This document shows, in pieces, positions 51,701 through 64,000 of a stretch of DNA of 64,000 nt; position 1 is the first letter of the stretch, and every line of letters starts with the position of its first letter. The stretch is from Paraspadella gotoi (taxonomy: Eukaryota > Animalia > Chaetognatha), in the NCBI GenBank assembly GCA_051294375.1, contig CM119269.1:522272-586271 (forward strand). The letters run 5' to 3'. The notes under the pieces were generated by a model, which did not search any database, had not been told where the DNA came from, and saw only the letters and a program-made list of their open reading frames with translations. Made by a program: the position numbers and the translations under genes.

Positions 51701-53324
51701 CACCTCTGATTTCAAGCAGACGACATATCTCACCTTTCTCTCATTCTCTGTCTACGTCGTGAGATTCTGTAGTTTGCAGTCTGCAGTCTGAATCCTTTTC
51801 CCCTCTTTTTCTCTCCTTAATGTCTTTCTCTTTCTCTTCGTCTTAATTACTCTCATACTCTTACGAATTTGTCGATCTCAATATAAAATGACTCATTAGT
51901 NNNNNNNNNNNNTTTTTTTTTTTTTATTGGCGCAAAAGTACGTAATATCATAGTAGTCTGCTTAATGCTCGTGCGCCTCGTTGAACGTTGCAATTTTACC
52001 AGCATTTTTTTTCCACGCTCATTATAGTTTTCTCTCACTTCATTGTTTTCGTCGTCGTAGACTCGTTGAAATTTTACCTGAAACAAACTTAATTATTTTT
52101 TTCATTTGCATTGGCAGAGTTTTCAGCTTTTGGCTTGTAACAGATTCCGGCTCTATGATTAACTTCGTCAGTCCGGCGGTGCGCCTCCACAATCTTGTCA
52201 GTAAATTCACTAAGATCTTCTCAGAACACCAAATTATGATAAATTATGCATAAAAAAAAACGATGTCCAATAGTCCGTCAGACCCCAATAGCTTTGAACG
52301 CCTATTACTTGATCGGGCGATTGACATGTGTGACTGAGCTGAAACTTAAGTTTTGATGGAATCGTTCAAGTGGAAATGAGTTTAAATGGAAAAAAAAACA
52401 AAAAACCCGTTTCACTCTTTGATCATTTATGCTTTTTTTTAGATTAAATTTAAATGCAAAATCCAACTGTTAATCAATTAATTATTTTATTATTTAATTT
52501 ATTTATTATTTGATCATCCGCTTACCGCTAATGATCGTGAGCAGATCCGGCATTGTTTGCTCAAACTTTTTTTTTTACTTTTCTCACGACCGTCGATGTC
52601 AACCTTATAATACGTGAGCCAAGAGTTCATCCATCGACGTCAAAGAAGCTTTTAAGCTGAAAATTTCATGTTGTTGTAGGCATCATGTAAATTAGACTTT
52701 TACGTGACTCATAAAGATAATCATAATGCTATTATGTTTTTATGGTGAAGAGAATGACGCCGATGAGATTTCGTGGTTCTCCCTTTGCCTCCTTCATGAG
52801 GAGAAAAAAAAGAAAAAAATAGGTTTAAATTTAAAAAAAATTAATTTCAAATGAAAAAAAAATCGAACGTTAAAATATTCGATTCTTTTAAGTTTTATAA
52901 GCTTAAGAGACATGCTTTAGAGACATGCTTTAGAGACATGCTTTAGAGACATGCTCCCGAAAACGAGGCCGACCACGAGTACGACGACAACAATAACGAC
53001 GACGACGTTATTTAAAGAAAGCGCTTTGGCCCGGAATTTATCCTGATTTACAGACTCTGGGCCATTTTTAGTCTAAAGACAAGAAACCTTTTCCAAAGTC
53101 AAGCTCGGAGCTACATTTCTTCATTTTATCTTGTTTATTCTGTAAGGAAAGGATTTTGAAATTTTTCTCTTAAGTCACCATAAATTGTTCGTCTATGTTT
53201 TCTTGACTAGATTATGCTACTAATTTGTATGGACAGTTTTAATATCACTAAATGAAGTAATTCGTTAAGCATAAGTATTATCTTGATTTCATGTAGATCA
53301 TTATAGCTGTGTCTACATATAAAA

Positions 53325-53670
53325 ATAACGGTAATTCAGATGTGTTGCGCTGCGAAAACCTTTTTAGTATGTGTATTTTTGGGTGATCATCTGACTTCAT
53401 AACTATGTGTTTCTTACCTGATCTATTACAAAACGGATACCAGGGTGTATAGATCGTGAAGGCATGGCTGCCCGTAAGTAATCTATCTTCGGATTATAGC
53501 AAGACATTCTGCCTCTCTTCCTACCAAATATGAACTTGATTGATGCAGTATTACTCGACTTATGAGCATTTAAAATATGATTAGGATAGACCATCCAACC
53601 GACAGACTGACCGACAGACCGAAAAGTGACTTATAGAGTTACATCGCGAGTACTCTCGGCGCAACTAAAA
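53325..53670 (-). mobile_element. Family A element (twin at ~43605-43943)
   Basis: gagttacatcgcgagtactctcggcgcaacta end, (CCGA)-type tract, and tgtgttgcgc at the other end. Confidence 0.6.
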
Positions 53671-55230
53671 ATGTCAGTAGATCGATAGATAGTTAGAAAG
53701 AAAGATAGATAGCGAGATTAGATAGCGAGATATAGCGAGATAAAGTCCAACGAACCGGTTGCTGTTTTGTTTGAAAATATTCTCGAATTTCGTCGGAAGT
53801 CGAGCACGAAAGAAATCTAATCTGGATTCGAATCTGGAATCGAATCTTGATATCCAATCAAAACAAAAGACAAAATACTTTATCAGCTCAAAAAATCATA
53901 TATCGAGTCGAAGGAAGATGAATATTTTAGTAAATTGAGTCGCGAGAAGTTGCGGAGAAGCGATACAAACAACTCGAGGGCCAAGAAACGGGAATAACCA
54001 AATACCAAGGCAAGAGGAAGAATTAATCCACTCGTCTGACATTTGTGCGATTCTGTCTCTAAAATTTTAAAGACATACGATATGTTTTATTCTTTTATGA
54101 TATTTGTACTATTTGAAGTTTTATATAATATCATTTTGTACTCTTATCTGTTACGCCTTATTTTTTTTTTTTTTTTTTTTCGTTTACACAGCTCTTTGTT
54201 TTCTTTTTAATTTTAATTTTTATTTTTAATTTTTCTTTTTAATTTTTCTTTTAATTTTCCGTGGAGTGGTCTTTTCATACAATTGAAACATTCTTTGAAA
54301 TATTATACCACTTCATTAATAGGAAAGCCAGGTACTCTGTAACGAGACTGTGAGAGAGTCATGATTAAAAGCTTGGCAGAACCTGCTATGTTATTATCTT
54401 GTAAGAGTGATGGAGGCCTTAAACCGATAACGATGAGGACGCAACCAACATAACGACGTCTAAGATCAAACTACTTTTTCACGTTTTCCCTCCCCCCCCC
54501 CGCCCCCTCGGCCCCACCCAGAAATCCCGTTAAGCGTCTGGTCTCCCCGTCTCATTTCCATATTGGGGTCAGCCCGGCGCCGAAAACTTTATCGATCTCG
54601 TTAGCCCGACTTCGGATGCTCGAAAAGAAAGCGGGAGGGTGTGGAACTTTCGAGCGAATCAGCCGAGGGGGAGGCGTTGGTGCGAAGGCTTTGTGATCCT
54701 CTAGTCAATACCTCGGACGCCTCATCTTAGAATCGCCCCTCCCACCCTCCCGCCAAGAGCGCCACCCGTGGGAATTCCGGCTGCGGCGTTATCTTCACCT
54801 TATCTCGCGCGAAAGAAAACAGGGTCGCCTTTTGTCTGCCTCTTTCGATTCTCCTTCCCACTTCCCACTTCCCACTGCCTCTTTCGATTCTCCTTCCCAC
54901 TTCCCAACAAAAAAAAAGTAGGCAGAAATCAGAATTCGAGTTTCGATCATATACATTGTACATGTACATCGATCTCTCTTATTTTTTCTTTATTAAACGT
55001 AAACATTTTTTTTTTCTGTAAAAAAAAACAAACTTCATTTTTTCATCTTCTTTATCTTCTTTTTCATATATGCATTTGCATATTTCAATGCTTAAATTCT
55101 TTTAAAAATTAATATCTTAGATTGACAGTCAGAAAAGCAGACGGAAAAACTTTTTATTGAGTCGCCTTTTAGCGCGACTTTATACTGAAAGCTCATTTCT
55201 CGCAAAGTCGATTAAAGGAGGCGATATTTT

Positions 55231-55556
55231 TTAGTTGCGCCGCGAGTACTCGCGGAGCAACTCTATAAGTCTCTTCTCGGTCGGTTTGTCGGTCGGTCGG
55301 TCTGTCCCACTTACGTTAAAAATGCTCATAACTCATTTGTTAAGAAGGGAAAAATCCACAAATTAAATTGACTGCTAGCGCCGCCTTCAGAAAATCCTAA
55401 AACTATAAAGAACCAAAGACAGAATTCCGATGCAGAGCTTGTCAGAAATATACAGGCTAAGAAAGTTATTGTCATGTCATATAGTCACGTGATCACAGGG
55501 AAATACACGTAAAAATAAAGTCACTACGGCGCATCACATTGGATGAACCGATCTTG
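55231..55556 (+). mobile_element. DINE-1/HINE-like element, family A, best-preserved copy (twin at ~45490-45830)
   Basis: tttttagttgcgccgcgagtactcgcggagcaactctataag, (GTCG)n tract, core, then cggcgcatcacattggatgaaccgatcttg followed by a T-run. T-runs on both flanks. Confidence 0.75.
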
Positions 55557-56729
55557 TTTTTTTTTTTTTTTTTTTTTTTCAAAATGGATAACGGTGTAAC
55601 GTTTCAGCGATGCCACGCATTGGCACGGGACGCAGAGTACAGCGAATTCTCCTCAGGTAATAACATTAAATCAGAGGGGAAAAAACGCTTTCAAAGAGCC
55701 ACTGAATGAGGCATTTTAGTGCGAAAATTGAGACCAGGTAAGAAGTGAGAGAAAATAGCAAAGTGGTTCAATTCCTGAAATGAAGCCTTTAAAAGAAAGC
55801 GGAAAATCGCTGGCGGTGGCGGTGGGGCGGTGGGGCGGTGGGGCGGTGGGGTGGAGAAGGTGGATGTTTTCTGAGGAATGGCTCTCGTAGAGTTTCTCAG
55901 AAATGTAGAGAAATCGTTGGATTGCAGCAGGAAGGCTCATTCGCAGCAAATCGAGACTCGAAGCATCTTTCGACTCTCAGCTTCGTTCTCTTCTAACAAC
56001 GAGGCCGACTCCGAACACGAACCAATGACTGTTTCAGATTCGTTTACCTAAAAAGTCGAGTTTGTTGATCGACGAATAACCCAAAGTAAAACCCTAGAAA
56101 CTCCAACCTCTGACTTTGGAGAGAGAGAGAGAGAGAGACGAGAGGGAGAGAGGAGGGAGAGAGAGAGAGAGAGAGAGAGAGAAGAGAGAGATGAAGAGAG
56201 AGAGGGAGAGAGAGAGAATGGTATTATGCAGAGAAGTTGTGTTTGGATACGGAATTCATGCATTCCTTTTTCTCCGCTTCTTTCCAAATCAAAGCTTCCA
56301 GCACTCTCGTCTCTGTCTCGTCTCTCTTCTTCTTTATAATCACTCACACTTCACACTCCACACTCCACACTCCACACCCACACTCCCCCGTAAGACCTCA
56401 CTCACTCTTTCTCCCTATCTACCACAGAACGAACGCTTTTTGCTGGTTATAAAAAAAACGCAATCAAACTCACCCATTCCGAATAGTAAAAGGAAAGGCG
56501 TAACTCGGTCTTCTATTCTATTCTATTATATTCTATTCTTTTTTAATTCTATTCTATTCTATTCTATTCTATTCAATGACATACCTCAAACCCCCCACGA
56601 CCAACCCCTACACCCCAGCCCTCTCTGTTCTAGATGCTCTTTTCTTTAGTTTTATGTTTTTCTTTTTCCTTTTTTCTCTCCCGCATTCGTTCATAAAGAA
56701 TCTTTATTTAGCTTCTTGACCGGGAGATG

Positions 56730-56818
<89 letters not shown>

Positions 56819-57836
56819 GATGGGTGGGGTTTAGACGAAGGATGGAGGGGAGGTCTGTTGTTTAAAGTTGGTTGGAAAAAGATTGTGTGTTTCGTTGGAG
56901 AGTTGGTGGTTAAAAGCGTTGACTTGCGTAAAGGAAGCGAAGCGAAAATACCGATTTTCATTTCGACTACAGAATTTAAAAATATAGAATGAAATTTCTC
57001 CGATAAGGAATAAATATAAACAATATAAACAATATAAACAATATAAATATAAACAACGGCATCGTAGCGAATTTAAGCCGCAGTGAATTTGTCAACAAAT
57101 TAAAAAAACATATCACGGGGAAAACGTGAATTTATCGAAAACGGATTTTGAAAATCACACCCAGACTTGTTAAACTTCTCTCTTTCTTTCCAGTTCGCCA
57201 AAGTTAGCTATCCTAAACCCTATTTCGGGTTACCTCTACTGCATACGAAAGGTTTCCTGTTGCGTATCTGGAGATAAGGATCTCATGTTTTTTTTTTTCT
57301 TTCAAAAACATTTAGCAAAAAACTTTTTTTTTTGGACTTTGTGTGTTTTTCTTTCTTTTTTATTTTGTTTTCAAACTCCCTAAATTCTTTTACTTTTATG
57401 ACGAGGGAAGCGTTGAAATTCTCAACAATAAATTCGATCGACTATAACAATCCCTCCAGAAAACGTCGCTGTTGTCCAGGCAATTAAGACAAATTTTAAT
57501 AATTGGTCTCATTAAATGAATATTGGGCTCGATCGATATCCTTCCGCTTTCGTCAATGACTTTCGGATCCTCTCCCCTTTTTTTTCGAGGAGCCTTCCTC
57601 GTTTTATTTTTTTCTTCCATTAGCGAGACTCCCTCTGTTTGTCGCGGCGATTTAGCGGGAGATTCCGCGGCGATTTTAAAGTGATTCGCCGTCGATTCAA
57701 AGATCGTTTCGTCGCTGATTTATGACGAGGGCGTCTTGAGGAGACGAACCTCCGTCCGCCTCGGGGCCAAGCATCCTCGTTTATGAAAACATTAACGGGA
57801 TGAAAAATCGCCTTTTCCGAAGACGACGATAACCGA

Positions 57837-57945
<109 letters not shown>

Positions 57946-58590
57946 AAAGATAACTACAACGACGTTTAAAGACATCCCTCGAGGGATGCTGACGTTAAGG
58001 AAGACAAGTTCAAATCCTCCTTGAGACATTCGCGTTTATTTCCAATAAAAAACGTTGAAAAAAAAAAGCGCATTAATTAAAAGTCGGGAAGGATCTCGAG
58101 GCCGGAAGGACGCGGTCGCAGAATCCATGGGTCAACGACATCCGAAGAGAGAGGACATGACGACGACGACGACGACGACGACGATGAAAGTGACGACACC
58201 GTCGATAAAGATAACGATAGCGATTAGCCCACGACGGCCTTATTTTCCCAGAATGCCCAATTTCATCTCAAATTCGGATTTAAGTTTGGGTTAGGGTTCA
58301 GGATTGAGTAAATTATTAAGGTTAAAAAGGATAAAGGGAGAAAATAAGAGAAATGGAGCAGGAAAATAAAAGAAGAGAATTTTAGGAAAGAGAGACGCGA
58401 TGACAACGAATCAGAAAGATGACTTGGACGTCGTCGTCGTAGTCGTCGTCGTCGTCGTCATGTTCGGCGGGGACGAAAACAACAAGAGGATTAACGATAA
58501 CCATTTCGAATACGATGTCCCTTCGATTCGTCCTTCCCTTTTTTTTTCTTTTTGGCCCACAGATGCTGTTGTCAAAGTCGACTAAGGATA

Positions 58591-58704
<114 letters not shown>

Positions 58705-59110
58705 TCCGAGGCAGAGCACACTCATGAAATTAGCATCATTAAAATCCTCACTTTTTCCGACAAAACAGACTTTTCCAAACTTGGATTTTCTACAGTTCAC
58801 ATGTTCAATTCAATTCAAGGCATTCTGAGACATTGATTCTTTTTGTTAACTTTTTATGTGGTCATTTAAGGCTTAATCATCTCTGAGGCAAATTAATCAC
58901 TCTTCGAAACTTCGGTTTTCGGATTTCCTGTATTCTCTTAATAACCTGTGACTGTTTAAATAAAACATAAGCTCAAAAGAAAAAGAAGAATTTTATTCAT
59001 TTTTTTAAAATTGCAGACACGAGAATAAAGAATTTTGACAGCTTAGATTTAGAATGAATATTTCCTCGCTTTCATTCCGACTCCATTCCCGTCATACTCA
59101 TAGATCCGAT

Positions 59111-59176
<66 letters not shown>

Positions 59177-59874
59177 GACTGTGACGCAACGGGAATAAAA
59201 AATGAATATACCGGGAGACAAGAAAATTTAAAAAATTTAATTTAATTTCTTTAGTTTCCTGTTTTGAGTTTATTTCCTTTGGGATTCGTGTTTTGTTTGT
59301 TTCCCGTCAAAAATTTGAGCTCAGATGGCAAGGTGATCCGTCCCATGAGCGAATTCAAGGCGCCGTTCAATAATTAGACTGGTAAATTGGAATTATCTTT
59401 GTGCCCTTGAATTACTACAGTTAGAAATGTAAATTACACGGCTTTCTAATGGGACTTAAATATAGAGAATTGGTTATTATTTCGCGACTTTCCTGTTTCT
59501 CTTAAATCAAATGCAGTAGAACACAAAAAGTGTTACAATATCAAGATTGTTCTTACTCATCTTTTATGATTAAAATTTGAAAATTTAGAAAAGAAAATCA
59601 AACTAGAAGGAAGGAGCAGCTAAACAATTCCGAGATGATTGATTACTGAGTAAGTCATCGACCAGGATCATAAAAAAATCCTCTCCTGCCGACGAAAGAT
59701 AAAACCAAAAAAAAAAGATTCATTTCCGCGGAAATTGGCGACGCGATGAAACGACGCCGACGTCGGCAAAGAGCGCCGCTTCCTTGGCGCGCTTGCGGCG
59801 CCTTTTACTTATCTTCGGGTGGCGTCATATCTCTGTCGTTTCAGCGGCGTTCGGTTTGGATCCTCCGGCCGGGA

Positions 59875-60162
59875 GGACTCCGGTTGTCGTCAGCGAGACT
59901 CCCGGTTTGTCGGTCAGCGTGACTCCCGGTTGTGGTCGGTCAGCGTGACTCTCCGTTTGTCGGTCAGCGTGACTCCCGGTTTGTCGGTCAGCGTGACTGC
60001 CGGTTTGTCGGTCAGCGTGACTCGCCGTTTGTCGGTCAGCGTGACTCCCGGTTTGTCGTCAGCGTGACTCCCGGTTTGTCGGTCAGCGTGACTCCCGGTT
60101 TGTCGGTCAGCGTGACTCCGCGGTTTGTCGGTCAGCGTGACTCCCGGTTGTCGGTCAGCGTT
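59875..60162. repeat. 24 bp GC-rich minisatellite
   Basis: About 12 copies of gtcggtcagcgtgactcccggttt. Confidence 0.92.
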
Positions 60163-60484
60163 TTTCCGTTCCTCCGTCTGAATCAACTGTCGCGCGGGCA
60201 AAGTCGTCACGATTTGTCCCCCGCTAATTTTAAGGACCTTGCCCGAACTTCACGTTGTTGTTGTTGTCGTTGATGCTTTCAAAATCCACTTTTTTACATC
60301 TTAAGTTATTTCCGGGGCTCAAAGATAAACTTAGTTACGTTTTATTTGAGAGAAAATAAAAGAAAAAAAAATGTAATTGCATTGTGTCCGCCTTTCCAAG
60401 TTCTTTCCGTTACAACCGGTTTGATTTTTTAAAAAATTCTAAGAGGGGTCTCGAATGGGAACACTGGCTCCCTAGATTTACCGC

Positions 60485-60556
60485 GCCTATAGAGGACGCT
60501 GGCTGAACGCCTATAGAGGACGCTGGCTGAACGCCTATAGAGGACGCTGGCTGAAC
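60485..60556. repeat. 24 bp tandem repeat x3
   Basis: cgcctatagaggacgctggctgaa. Confidence 0.9.
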
Positions 60557-61365
60557 CATGGGCGACGTTTAACAAAAGATGAGATGACCGATAAAGGAAA
60601 AAGACCATCAATTTTGGCCAAGGGGGAATTTATGGCCCCAAAAATCTTTCTGGGGGGGGGAATAAGCGCCGTCGTTTTCAGTCGTCCGCCACTCAGCCCT
60701 TCCCGACTATCTCTCCACAAAAGTAACATCGAATCCCAATGGCGTTGAAAAGCTGCCGCTCATATCCATTATCCAATCTTGTTTATCCCGACTGAACGGC
60801 GCGTTTCCCACTGGATCTACTTACGCCTTGGCCCCGCATCCGGTGACATTCCATCTCTAGTTGCGTCTTCCTCAAACGACACTCATGGCGCTAATGGTGA
60901 TTCCGTCTCCTCTAAAAGCCTTTGCAGTTAACGAGTCTTTCGCGGTGACGAGCAGTCTGAATCTAATATTAATAAAATCGATGAAGAGTAAAAAGTGGAG
61001 GAAAGAGAGGAAAAGGAGGCGTTGTGCGGGGGGGCGGCTGGGGGGGTGGTGGCGAGGACTTCTCTGCGTCGTGTGAGTCATCCAAGTAAAACTAAAAGGA
61101 AAGACACTTGTCCTCATTTCAGTCATCACTAAATAACTGCACTCCCACATTACAATGCCGAAGACTGCAGCTTCGCGGCAATCAATGTTTTCGACCCTAC
61201 TCGACGAAGAGCAAGCGACTATGAATAAATTTGAATATTAAACATAAACTGTTGTCTATAAAAAGTAAAAAGTTGTAAGCCGCGGCAAGAGTTATCTCGA
61301 CGAGTTTAAGACGCAATGTTCTCGAAAATTACATTTTTCCTTACATGGTTCTCGTAGACTCCCGA

Positions 61366-62600
61366 TTTTTAGTCGGATCTGCTTATCAGCAGATCTCCGA
61401 CTCTATAACTCACTTTTACGTCCGTCGGTCCGCCCCTCAATATTGTTGGGCACACACTATATATTCATGTCAGAACATCGAATTATGATAAATTATGCAA
61501 AAAAAAAATGACGCGCCCGGTTCGTCCGCGCGTTCCCGGTCGTCTCCCCCGGCGCCTCCGTCCTCGTCCGTCCGTCTCGTCCCGTCCGTCCGTCCGTCCC
61601 GTCCGTCCGTGTCCGTCCGTCCGTCCGTCCCACCTTTAGCAAAAAAACACCAATTACTCGTGATTGGATGGATGGATTTAAATGAAATTTTGTGTATGTG
61701 GATCAGGTAAGTGTGTGATTGAGCTGGATATGGAAGTTTCGATGGAATCGTCCGAGTGGAAATGAGTTTAAATGGAAAAAAACAAAAAAAATATATTCAC
61801 TATTTTCGAACACCAATTGCTCATCAGTGGATGGGCTGATTGACCTGGAATTTTGTATTGTGGTGTAGGTAGTGTGTATTGAACAGGAATCAAGTTTTTC
61901 GAGTGGAATATATGAGTTGGAAAATGCAGTTTAAAGGAGAAAAAACAAAAAACCTGTTTTTACTAATTGTATTATGCTTCTTTTCCTTTTTATATTAAAT
62001 GTATCTGCAGGATGTATTAAAATCAAATAATTAATCAGTTAATTAATCAATTAGTAAATAAATTAATCAATAATTAATTAATTAGTCATCAATCCTTCCA
62101 TCCGTCCCATCTTAGCAAAAAGCTTCCAGTAACTCGTGATTGGCTGGTGGATTGATTAAAATTTTGTGTTGTGGGTAGGAAAGTGTGTGATAAAGCTGGA
62201 TATAAAATTTTCGATGAGTGTGAGTGGAATTAGTTTAAATGGAAAAAAACATAAGTCGAAATTTTACTAAAATCTTATTTACTTATTTTAAACCAATAAA
62301 TACTTCCAATTAATCATAATTGGATGGATAGATTGAGTTTGAAATTTTGTGGTGTGGGTAGAAAACGTATGACGAAGCTTGATATAAAGTTTCAGTGGAA
62401 AAACGTACCAGTGGAAAAGAGTTAAATGAAAAAAATATGAGTCACATTTACTTGAATCTTTTTATTTATTTTTAACCCAATTGAATAGATGCCAGATGAA
62501 ATTTTGTGAGCCAGTAGGAAAGTGAGTGAAGAAGCTAGATATAAAGTTTTGACGGATCAAGTTGAAAAATTATGCAAGTGAAAAATGCATGCCAAGTTAA
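61366..62600 (+). mobile_element. Second HINE-like element (family B) with internal degenerate tandem units
   Basis: 5' hairpin agtcggatctgct-tatc-agcagatctccgact followed by ctataac, (GTCC)n tracts and repeated ...gaaattttgtg...gtggaaatgagtttaaatggaaaaaaaca units. Related fragments at ~42545-42825 and ~52270-52560. Confidence 0.55.
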
Positions 62601-63083
62601 AAAAATCTTAAAAGCATAAGGATCGTCGCTATTGCATAAAAAGAGAGAGAGAGAGAGAGGAAAGATAGAGTGAGAGAGAGAGAGTGAGGAGGAAGAGGAG
62701 AGAGAGTGTGAGAGAGAGAGAGAGGAGAAGAGACATATTTAAATAAAAAAATCTTAAAGACTCAAGATCGCAAGCCAGAGCCCACTATCATAGAAAATTA
62801 TGAAAAAAAAAACCGGGAGAAAAAAACGAATGAATGCGTGCTGATAACGAATTGTTGATTGTACTAGTAATTGGATTGAGGTCACAATACTAAATGATTG
62901 CATGTAATAGTAATTTATTGTATGCTAATAGGAATTGATTTATTGATTCGATGATAATCAATTATTGATGCATTATAGTCATTCACTGCTTGTGATGATA
63001 GTTCATTCATTTTGATGCTGATGATTGTCATTCATTGATGCGATTGCATAGTCAATAAACAAACAAATGCGTGTTATGAGTGA

Positions 63084-63114
<31 letters not shown>

Positions 63115-63724
63115 GAGAGAGAGAGAGAGAGAGAGACGAGAAAAAGAGAGAGAGAGAAAGAAAGAGAGAGAGAGAGAAAGAGAGAAGAGAGAGAGAGAGA
63201 GAAGACTGAGACGAGAGATGAGAGAGAGAGAGAGAGAGAAAGAAAGAGAATAAATCCACGAAATCTCGATGAAAATATGGGATTTTGTAATTGAAAAAAA
63301 GCGCGAATAAATGCAATAATAAAAAGTTTTTAGAAGGGAAAAAATAATCAGAATTTTTCAAAAAAACCAAAAACGATCACGCAGAATCGGACAGAAAGGA
63401 CAGACACACACAAGAGAGACAGAGAGACAGAGACGAGGAGAGAAAAAAGAGAGAGAAAGAGAGAGAGGACAGCCGCTGCAGAGAAAAAGAGAAAGAGAAA
63501 GAGCGATATATAATAATTAAAAGAGAGAGAGAGAGAAGAAGCTTTACAGCCCCTTTACTCGGTTAAAGAATCAGCAGTACTTATGGCGCCGCACGTCAGT
63601 TGAGTCTATTCTCTACCCAAAGGACCCGGCGTTCGCGCCCTGTTCGCCGGCATCGTTTTTTACATTAGTGAACCCACATTATATCTAAGAAATTTTTGTA
63701 AAAAAAAAGAAGAGAGAAGAGAGA

Positions 63725-63756
<32 letters not shown>

Positions 63757-64000
63757 AAGAAGCTGGACAGACGCTGCAGAAGCCGGAACTCGTTTTTAGC
63801 ACAAATCAGAAGAAGCATGTGACGGAAGAATGATAAGGGGAGAGAGCAGAGAGCGAACAATATAATTAAAACGTTTTTGTTTTGTAAATAAAACATAAAA
63901 CAAAATCACGAATATTGATATGAAACATGAGAATTTCTAAAGATCTTGATGATTAGAAGCCATTATGAAAATTCAACTCCCCTATGATAATCACATTTTC

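Noticed and set aside
58288-58298. Telomere-like GGGTTAGGGTT
   Set aside because: Fewer than two units; expected by chance.
59875-60162. Regular 24-bp repeats resembling a CRISPR array (also 7187-7425, 12660-13490, 49315-49560)
   Set aside because: Units are head-to-tail with no unique spacers, there are no cas genes, and the context is eukaryotic. These are minisatellites.

Overview
This window is intron-rich, microsatellite-rich invertebrate (metazoan) nuclear DNA, not prokaryotic. I reconstructed four spliced genes by hand from GT-AG sites and reading phase. (1) A divergent rhabdomeric-type opsin on the minus strand (~1424-9830), with unusual motifs and two compensating frameshifts bracketing TM6-TM7, one of them at the retinal-binding Lys codon. 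(2) A small ~95-aa single-pass membrane protein gene on the plus strand (15563-16123). (3) A 17-exon, ~778-aa secreted protein on the minus strand (17000-28105): signal peptide, a possible lone alpha-2-macroglobulin MG1-like module, acidic and mucin-like regions, and four EGF repeats. (4) A divergently transcribed coiled-coil plus QPD-type C-type lectin on the plus strand (~30402-34038). The rest is mostly non-coding: DINE-1/HINE-like non-autonomous elements, a long-TIR MITE present in only one of two copies of a ~10 kb duplication (38582-58100), tRNA-derived relics and many minisatellites. N-gaps, fold-back inversions (7.7-11.4 kb) and noisy duplicated copies point to assembly or long-read errors, so frameshifts and duplications need read-level confirmation. 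No database search was run; all family calls come from motif recognition.
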